From positions 1 through 16,068 of the forward strand of contig JARRQT010000048.1 in the NCBI GenBank assembly GCA_037381445.1: a stretch of DNA of 16,068 nucleotides, read 5' to 3'. Of the stretch, positions 1 to 6,576 are shown in pieces. The DNA comes from Calditrichia bacterium (lineage in GTDB: Bacteria; Calditrichota; Calditrichia; RBG-13-44-9). The notes under the pieces are model-generated. The model saw only the letters and a list, made by a program, of their open reading frames with translations. It searched no databases and was not told where the DNA came from. Position numbers and translations under genes: made by a program. Every line of letters begins with the position of its first letter. Within the stretch, counting starts at the first letter, position 1.

Positions 1-1031
1 AGGGTAGTCGTGGGGTCTTTTATCACGGCAAAACTGATGAAAAACGGAATCACTATCAGGAGGGTGACAGGTGTGGAAAAAGACTGAGCATCCTGCATGT
101 CCGAGCACATGGCACCTACCGCAGCGTAGAGGGTTGAAAACGTAAAAAAGCCTACCACGAAGAACAGCACAAAATAGAACAGGACCGCGGGAGATACATT
201 AATATATTGGGCAATCCCGGGCATGGAATTCGTCGCCATAAACACCGCAGCCATTCCCATCCCTGCCCAGATGATATACTGCACCAGCCCGACACTGCCC
301 ACCCCCAGCAGCTTCCCCATCATCAGTTCAAAGGAATTGGTGGAGGACAGCAGAACTTCCACAATCCTGGAAGACTTTTCTTCAATGACACCCCGCATGA
401 TTGAACTGCCATAAACAATAATCGTCATATAGAGGATGAACAGGAATATCATGGAGGACAGAAATTCCTGATCGAAGCCCCGGGCTTTCTCCTCCCCTTT
501 CACCACTTTGATGGTCCTGAAATCAACTTTTTGGGTGAGTTCTTTGATCAGCGAAGGATCGTAGCCGGCATTCTGCAGACGGCGGGCATTGATAATTTCC
601 GATAATCCGTTCTGCAGTCTCTGAATCAGATCGATATCGCTGACTGACTTTGACAGATATGATACAGAACCATTCTGCAGGATGTCCTCCGGTATTACCA
701 GAATGGCGTCCACTCCCCCCTTTTCTATATCCCCGCGATAGAGATCCCTGTCCCGCTCGTAGGTTTCCGGCTGAATCTGGGAAAACACAAAACGCGGCTG
801 CCCGTTTGTAAGGGTGTCGGAAAAAGTCTCCCGGACATTCTCCGCCAGGTTACGGGAATAATCAACCAGTTGGATGGTCATGGCATTGTCCTGGGACATA
901 TTCATGAAATAAGCAGGCCCCAGCAGCAATCCAATCATGAGAATAGGGCCGAGAACGGTTCCGATTAAAAAGCCTTTGCTTGAGACCTTGGTGAGGAACT
1001 CCCGTTTTATGATTTTAATTGTCTTTTTCAT
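1..1031 (-). CDS. ABC-2 type transporter permease (NatB/YhaP-like), 3' end truncated by the window edge
   Basis: Missing from the ORF track because it has no stop in the window. Manual translation from ATG at 1031 gives MKKTIKIIKREFLTKVSSKGFLIGTVLGPILMIGLLLGPAYF..., one N-terminal TM helix, a large extracytoplasmic loop, then the family motif IMRGVIEEKSSRIVEVLLSS...LMMGKLLGVG and further TM helices. Overlaps the ATPase gene end by 17 nt. Confidence 0.93.
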   Translation of the reverse strand, partial: MKKTIKIIKREFLTKVSSKGFLIGTVLGPILMIGLLLGPAYFMNMSQDNAMTIQLVDYSRNLAENVRETFSDTLTNGQPRFVFSQIQPETYERDRDLYRGDIEKGGVDAILVIPEDILQNGSVSYLSKSVSDIDLIQRLQNGLSEIINARRLQNAGYDPSLIKELTQKVDFRTIKVVKGEEKARGFDQEFLSSMIFLFILYMTIIVYGSSIMRGVIEEKSSRIVEVLLSSTNSFELMMGKLLGVGSVGLVQYIIWAGMGMAAVFMATNSMPGIAQYINVSPAVLFYFVLFFVVGFFTFSTLYAAVGAMCSDMQDAQSFSTPVTLLIVIPFFISFAVIKDPTTT

Positions 1032-1932
1032 TCTTCCGGTCTCCCACTATTTCGATGAAAATATCATTCAGCGAAGTCTCAGCCGCCTCAAACCTTTTGA
1101 CCTCCAATCCGGATTCTGCCAGGGACTTGAATAATTGCCCCGGACCGGCATCATCCTTCAGGCGCACTTCCATATAATTGCCGTAATCATCAATTTTTTG
1201 AACAAAGGGCAATCCGCTGATAAAGCCGCCGTTACCGGAATATTCCAGCAAAATGCTGTTGTGACTGTAACTCCGTTTTATCTCCCGCAAATTTCCGTTG
1301 AGAACCACTTTCCCATGGTTGATCAGGCAGATATCGTCGCATAGTTTTTCAGCCTGTTCCATCAGGTGGGTGGACAGGATAATTGTTTTCCCCTGTTTTT
1401 TCAGATCAATTAAAATATCCCGCAGGAACTTGGCATTCACAGGGTCCAGTCCCGAAAAGGGCTCGTCCACAATCAGCAAATCAGGAGAATGTATGATGGT
1501 GCCTATGAACTGGACCTTCTGCTGCATCCCCTTGCTCAGATCCTGAACTTTGTGCTCCGCCCATTTTCCCAGATCGAACTTTTCCAACCATTCCCCCGCA
1601 ACAACTTTGGCCCGGGAAGATGACAGGCCTTTCATTTCCCCCAGAAATTGCAGATGGGCCAGCAGTTTCATCTTGGGGTAAAGCCCGCGTTCCTCCGGAA
1701 GATAGCCAATGCGGTCTTTGGTTTCTTCCCGGAAAGGTTTTCCGAAAATTTCCACGCGGCCCTCATCGGGTATAATGATATTCATGATCATGCGCATGGT
1801 TGTGGTCTTCCCGGCTCCGTTGGGTCCCAGCAGGCCGAACATCCTCCCTTTCGGCAGCATAAACGAGATCTTATTCACCGCCTTAAAACCATCATAATTT
1901 TTGGATACTTTTTCGACCCTTAATGCATCCAT
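1015..1932 (-). CDS. ABC transporter ATP-binding protein (NatA/YhaQ-like, C-terminal DUF4162-like extension)
   Basis: Walker A GPNGAGKTT, YLPEERGLY, signature LSKGM, Walker B LLIVDEPFSGLDP, H-loop STH. ATG at 1932 with GAAGGGA upstream is preferred to the TTG at 1947. Confidence 0.95.
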   Translation of the reverse strand: MDALRVEKVSKNYDGFKAVNKISFMLPKGRMFGLLGPNGAGKTTTMRMIMNIIIPDEGRVEIFGKPFREETKDRIGYLPEERGLYPKMKLLAHLQFLGEMKGLSSSRAKVVAGEWLEKFDLGKWAEHKVQDLSKGMQQKVQFIGTIIHSPDLLIVDEPFSGLDPVNAKFLRDILIDLKKQGKTIILSTHLMEQAEKLCDDICLINHGKVVLNGNLREIKRSYSHNSILLEYSGNGGFISGLPFVQKIDDYGNYMEVRLKDDAGPGQLFKSLAESGLEVKRFEAAETSLNDIFIEIVGDRKNEKDN

Positions 1933-2112
1933 CGGCGATCCCTTCAATATTAAAGAGGTTTTTAATTCTCATTAGAGTTCAAGACAATTAGTAATTTATT
2001 AAATTATGTGAATCGGCCATTCAATACAATGAAAATATAAATAAATCTGCTCATATTCAGGTGCCGACCGATTGGTTTCTCCCGGATGTTGGCGAGAATT
2101 TCCAAAAAAGGT

Positions 2113-2141
2113 TAGACTGCTTCCGAATTTTTTATCATATT
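2113..2141 (+). promoter_or_regulatory. Possible sigma70-type promoter for the ALDH gene
   Basis: TAGACT (2113-2118), 17 nt, CATATT (2136-2141). Imperfect match in an AT-rich region. Confidence 0.3.
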
Positions 2142-2300
2142 GTTTCGTCACGATCCTGGAATTGCGGGATGGAACGAATGTCCCGTAATCAAATAAAATA
2201 ATACAATGGTATTTTTCACTATTTGATTTCTAATATCTGAACCGATATTTCAAAATCATATAAAGGGAATCAATTCAGGGAATTCCTCCGGAGGAAAAAA

Positions 2301-3731
2301 ATGGCAACACCTACCTTCTATCCTTTAATCCACAATGAGTGGGTAAAAACTTCTAAGTCTCAAAAAATTAAGAATCCATATAACGGGAAAACCGTCGCAA
2401 AAGTGTACATGGCGGAAGGCGATTTTCTGGAAATGGCCATCGAGAGCGCTCAAAAGGGGTATCAGGTTTCATGCCAGCTTTCCAGTTATGACCGCTATCA
2501 TCTGCTGATGAAAATTGCAGCGGGGATTGAAAAACGCAAAGATGAACTGGCACAGACTATTCTGGAAGAAAGCGGCAAACCCATCCATTTCGCTCAAAAT
2601 GAGGTCGAGCGCTCAGTTTTAACATTTACCTGGGCCGCCGAGGAAGCCCGTCGGATAAAGGGTGAGCTATTGCCGCTGGACATCGCGCCTCAGACGCGTG
2701 GATATTTCGGGATATCCCGGCGCTTTCCCGTGGGGGTTATTTTGGGCATTACGCCATTTAATTTCCCGCTCAATCTGGTGGCGCATAAGATAGCGCCCGC
2801 CATCGCCAGCGGAAATTCCATTCTGCTGAAACCCGCCTCCGCGACGCCTGTGACCGCCGTAAAACTGGGAGAAATCCTCAAACAGGCGGGTGTTCCCGCG
2901 GGAACCGTCAATATTATTCCCACTAATGCGAAGGAAGCGCAGAATATGGTAAAGGATGGCCGCATCAAAAAGCTCACCTTCACGGGAAGCGCGGATGTGG
3001 GGTGGTTCCTGAAATCCCTGGCCGGGAAGAAATCCGTTACGCTGGAACTGGGAGGTAATGCAGGCTCAATTGTGGAATCCGACGCCCATCCCGATGAAAT
3101 AATTCCCCGGCTGGTGCTGGGAGCCTTTGCCTACGCGGGCCAAGTCTGCATCTCGGTACAGCGCATTTATGTCCAAGAATCATTGTTTGACGCATTCATT
3201 CAGAAATTTGCGGATGAAACGGCAAAAAGTGCCATCTATGGCGATCCCAAATATGATAAAACCGTAATCGGCCCCATGATTAGCACAGATGCTGCAAAGC
3301 AGGCGGAAAGCTGGATTCGGGATGCTGTTAAAGAAGGCGCGAAAATATTGATTGGCGGGAAGAGGGATGGTAATATACTGGAACCAACCATTTTGACGAA
3401 TACGCAGACGTACATGAAGGTCATTTCTGAAGAGATTTTCGCGCCGGTCGTTTCCATCGAACCATACAATGAATTTTCGGATGCCATTAAAATGATCAAC
3501 AATTCCTATTACGGATTGCAGGCCGGCGTATTTACCAACGATTTCAAAAAGATACAGCAGGCTTATGCCCAACTGGAGGTCGGGGGCGTTATCATCAATG
3601 ATTACCCGACTTTCCGCATCGACCCTATGCCCTATGGGGGGACCAAGGACAGCGGCATCGGCCGGGAAGGGATCCGCTATGCAATGGAGGAGATGACCGA
3701 GCTTAAACTTTTAGCGATAAAGGGACAATAG
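2301..3731 (+). CDS. NAD(P)-dependent aldehyde dehydrogenase (ALDH family 21 / lactaldehyde dehydrogenase-like clade; substrate not assignable)
   Basis: ITPFNFPLNL, LKPA, FTGS, catalytic Glu in LELGGN, catalytic Cys in AGQVCISVQR, EEIFAP, MPYGGTKDSGIGREG. SD GGAGG at 2290-2294. Confidence 0.95.
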   Translation: MATPTFYPLIHNEWVKTSKSQKIKNPYNGKTVAKVYMAEGDFLEMAIESAQKGYQVSCQLSSYDRYHLLMKIAAGIEKRKDELAQTILEESGKPIHFAQNEVERSVLTFTWAAEEARRIKGELLPLDIAPQTRGYFGISRRFPVGVILGITPFNFPLNLVAHKIAPAIASGNSILLKPASATPVTAVKLGEILKQAGVPAGTVNIIPTNAKEAQNMVKDGRIKKLTFTGSADVGWFLKSLAGKKSVTLELGGNAGSIVESDAHPDEIIPRLVLGAFAYAGQVCISVQRIYVQESLFDAFIQKFADETAKSAIYGDPKYDKTVIGPMISTDAAKQAESWIRDAVKEGAKILIGGKRDGNILEPTILTNTQTYMKVISEEIFAPVVSIEPYNEFSDAIKMINNSYYGLQAGVFTNDFKKIQQAYAQLEVGGVIINDYPTFRIDPMPYGGTKDSGIGREGIRYAMEEMTELKLLAIKGQ

Positions 3732-4029
3732 TCCGCCGAATGGTTTGAATTGTCACGGGATTTTCTGAACGCCTATATTCCGATGATTAGCAGATCAGTT
3801 GATGAGAGCCTTCAAAAGTCGGAATATCGGGAACCCCCAATGATCTGCCCGGCCTGCCGCTGAAAATTTATTCCCGGATTAGAATCGTTCTTTTGTAATT
3901 CGTAAAAGAAAGAATGCCGGAGAACCGGATAAATCGATCCCGCATAATTTTTGTAGTAAAAACCCTACAGAAAATTCTCCACAAACCACAAAAATACATT
4001 GGTTATTTTATTTTTGGCACAATTTGGTC

Positions 4030-4058
4030 TTGACTCGTAACATTTAAGAACCTATATT
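4030..4058 (+). promoter_or_regulatory. sigma70-type promoter of the cold-shock gene
   Basis: TTGACT (4030-4035), 17 nt, TATATT (4053-4058), with AT-rich sequence upstream. Implies a start near 4065 and a ~100-nt 5' UTR, typical of csp genes. Confidence 0.7.
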
Positions 4059-4166
4059 TTATTAGGTTGTGGATATTTTCTCTCCATCAATTTTATAAAT
4101 TAAAATCCACACGCCAGACTTGATGGAGAGGATAGTTTATTGGTTTTAGTGGAGGTATCCGTATTT

Positions 4167-4373
4167 ATGCTCACTGGTACTGTCAAATGGTTTAACGAAA
4201 ACAAGGGATGGGGTTTTATCGTCCCGGACGATGGTGGGGATGATGTATTTGTGCATTACTCAGCGATTCAGGAGGAAGGGTACAAAACCCTGAAAGAGGG
4301 TCAGAAGGTCCGCTATGAGTTGAAACTGGGCAAAAATGGTAAATACCAGGCTAATGAGGTTCTCAAGGGTTAA
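4167..4373 (+). CDS. cspA: Cold-shock domain protein (CspA family, 68 aa; paralogue identity not resolvable)
   Basis: [18 protein letters not shown]...[23 protein letters not shown] with RNP1 (KGWGFI) and RNP2 (VFVHY). SD GGAGGT at 4151-4156 supports ATG 4167 rather than TTG 4140. Confidence 0.97.
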   Translation: MLTGTVKWFNENKGWGFIVPDDGGDDVFVHYSAIQEEGYKTLKEGQKVRYELKLGKNGKYQANEVLKG

Positions 4374-4398
4374 GGTTTGGCATCATCTCATCTCTTCG

Positions 4399-4432
4399 AT
4401 CCCCGGTTTCATGGTTGAAGCCGGGGATTTTT
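4399..4432 (+). terminator. Intrinsic terminator after csp
   Basis: ATCCCCGGTTTCA (4399-4411), loop TGGT, TGAAGCCGGGGAT (4416-4428): 13-bp stem with one G.U on the + strand followed by a T run. Lies between convergent genes; no U-tract on the minus strand. Confidence 0.85.
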
Positions 4433-4449
4433 ACAATATATGGCTAAAC

Positions 4450-5562
4450 CTATTCAGTAGATAACTGGAACATCATGATTCTATTGTTGCCGGTATCCGC
4501 CACATATACAGTTTGATCCTCGATAAAGGGAGTCACCGCAATCCCCTTGGGATTATTAAATTGTCTGGGACCGGAACCAGCTGCCAGAACAGACTGCATC
4601 TGAAGTCCAGATGGCGCGAAGCGGTAAAAACCCGGCAAGTGTGAATTTCCGCCGGCATCAACCAAAAATATAAAACCCTGGCGGTCGATCGCCACATCTT
4701 CCAGATTCCAGAATTTATCAGTGCTGTAGATGTCAGTCCCGATTAAGGCGGTGTTAGGTGTCAGTATCGGCTGACCTTCAAACATCCTGGTTGTAACGTA
4801 CTGATATTTAAAAGCGTTAAACAGCAGGCTTGTTCGCCCGGTATGGGTGAACATGAACGCTTTTGTGTCCTCCGAACGGGAAGAAACATCAAGATATTGC
4901 TCTCGAAGCGAAACAATGGATGTGGGAACGATCACGGAATACAAACCGGTTCCATTTACAAAAAGGGGAACTGGTCCCTTTAAAGTATTGTCAGTATTAA
5001 AATCGTAGACAAAACTGAATTCCAGATAATTGGTACTGCTGTCGGCAACATCAACCACCGTCACATAATATTCCGAACCATTATAGACTGTAATACCGGT
5101 AAACTCTCGCGAAGGCTCACTGCTCTGTTCAAAAACAGTCTCGATAGGCGCCGCACCGATATTATGGTTCACCGCCACCTGATCGATTTTGAAAACACGG
5201 TTTGTTTTATTCACAACCAGAAGTTCCAGCTTGTCGTTCTGGGTGATTGCCTCGGGATGTTCTATAAATTGCGAGACTCCCTGAACTGCCCCGCCCAAAT
5301 CCAACATGACTATCCGGTTATTATCCGTATCACAGACATAAATAAAATTATCAACACCCACATAGATATCAGATGGGTGATTGAAAGAATATCCATGCCC
5401 GGCATCCAGTATCGGATTTATAAGATTATATACCTGCTTGCCAATATTTCCGTACAGATCTTCCCCGCTGGGTACCGTTGGCAAAGGATATTTATCATGA
5501 GAACATCCAATGACTAAAATCATCGCGATAAAAACAAAAAAAGTAATTACTTTCTGCATCAT
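4450..5562 (-). CDS. NHL-repeat (beta-propeller) lipoprotein
   Basis: Signal peptide with lipobox VIGC (Cys20). NHL repeats FNHPSDIYVGVDNFIYVCDTDNNRIVML, FWNLEDVAIDRQGFIFLVD, FNNPKGIAV...VYVADTGNNRIMMF. AGAGGA upstream; 11 nt from the PorV-family gene. Confidence 0.85.
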   Translation of the reverse strand: MMQKVITFFVFIAMILVIGCSHDKYPLPTVPSGEDLYGNIGKQVYNLINPILDAGHGYSFNHPSDIYVGVDNFIYVCDTDNNRIVMLDLGGAVQGVSQFIEHPEAITQNDKLELLVVNKTNRVFKIDQVAVNHNIGAAPIETVFEQSSEPSREFTGITVYNGSEYYVTVVDVADSSTNYLEFSFVYDFNTDNTLKGPVPLFVNGTGLYSVIVPTSIVSLREQYLDVSSRSEDTKAFMFTHTGRTSLLFNAFKYQYVTTRMFEGQPILTPNTALIGTDIYSTDKFWNLEDVAIDRQGFIFLVDAGGNSHLPGFYRFAPSGLQMQSVLAAGSGPRQFNNPKGIAVTPFIEDQTVYVADTGNNRIMMFQLSTE

Positions 5563-5573
5563 ACAACATTCCT

Positions 5574-6563
5574 CTAAAATTGAATATGAGCGGCAAACCT
5601 GTTAACATAACCCAGACGGCCAAAATTTGAATAGGCATAATCCAGCCGGAAATCCGTGAATGAAACCGGCAGATGAAGCCCAAAACCAAGAGAATAGTTT
5701 TCTTCCGCACGGCCGGTAATGTATCCGCCCCGCAGGGCAAACATCTTTTTCCACCAATACTCCAGACCAAGGTTGATATTTTCGCTGTTATCATTCGGAT
5801 GGTTTAGCTGTATTGAGCTGGTGAGAGTATGCTGATCATTTTCAAACAGCTCGGTCGCCACGCCGATTCTAAACATGATAGGCGGTGAAAACTCCTGAAA
5901 GCTATTGACCGTAACCTTTTCATTATCCAGGTTCTTATAGGTAAAACTGCCGGTAGGGGACATGTTCTGACCGAAATTGGTGACAGCCACCGCAAAGCGC
6001 GTCGATTTCCAACCGGTTTTATAATACGTTCCCAGATCAAAAAGAACCGCGCGCATGCTCAGGACATCCAGCGTTTCCTGCATATATTTTACGGATAATC
6101 CAAAACTGAATTTCTCGGTCATATTCCGGGCATAACTGAGGCTGAAAAGCGCATCGGAATATCCAAAATATCTTCCCGTTCCCAGCGGCTGGAGCTCCGT
6201 GGTCTCCTTCATATCATCGGTATGAAGATAGGTAATCGCAAAACCCAGGGTGTTTGCCGGATTGAGATGATAAACCAGACCCGCATATTCCAGTCTCACA
6301 TCCACCAGCCATTGGGTTGAGGTAAAAAACACTTCATTCTTATCAAATTGGGAAATGCCTGCCGGATTCCAGTACAGCGCCTCGGCATCGTTGGCTACAG
6401 CCACATAGGCCTGTCCCATGGCGACCGCCCGCGGGCCGATCCCAATCTTCAGGAATTGGGCGGCTGAAGTCCCGGTGCGCTGCCCACCCAGATTTGGTAT
6501 TAGCTGGGCGAATAAAGAAAATGTTGTCAATAGAACCATTAATATTATGCTGACAATTCTCAT
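5574..6563 (-). CDS. PorV/PorQ-family (UPF0164, FadL-like) outer-membrane beta-barrel
   Basis: Signal peptide; hallmark N-terminal motif AQFLKIGIGPRAVAMGQAYVAVANDAEALYWNPAG; C-terminal ALRGGY...GFGL...LDYAY; terminal Phe. SD AGAGGA. Confidence 0.88.
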   Translation of the reverse strand: MRIVSIILMVLLTTFSLFAQLIPNLGGQRTGTSAAQFLKIGIGPRAVAMGQAYVAVANDAEALYWNPAGISQFDKNEVFFTSTQWLVDVRLEYAGLVYHLNPANTLGFAITYLHTDDMKETTELQPLGTGRYFGYSDALFSLSYARNMTEKFSFGLSVKYMQETLDVLSMRAVLFDLGTYYKTGWKSTRFAVAVTNFGQNMSPTGSFTYKNLDNEKVTVNSFQEFSPPIMFRIGVATELFENDQHTLTSSIQLNHPNDNSENINLGLEYWWKKMFALRGGYITGRAEENYSLGFGLHLPVSFTDFRLDYAYSNFGRLGYVNRFAAHIQF

Positions 6564-6576
6564 TTCTTCCTCTGAA

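Noticed and set aside
207..1134. Short plus-strand ORFs at 207-404, 223-414 and 937-1134
   Set aside because: Antisense to the ABC permease that the ORF track missed.
4140..4166. N-terminal extension of Csp from TTG 4140
   Set aside because: The SD lies inside the extension, and family alignment begins at ATG 4167.
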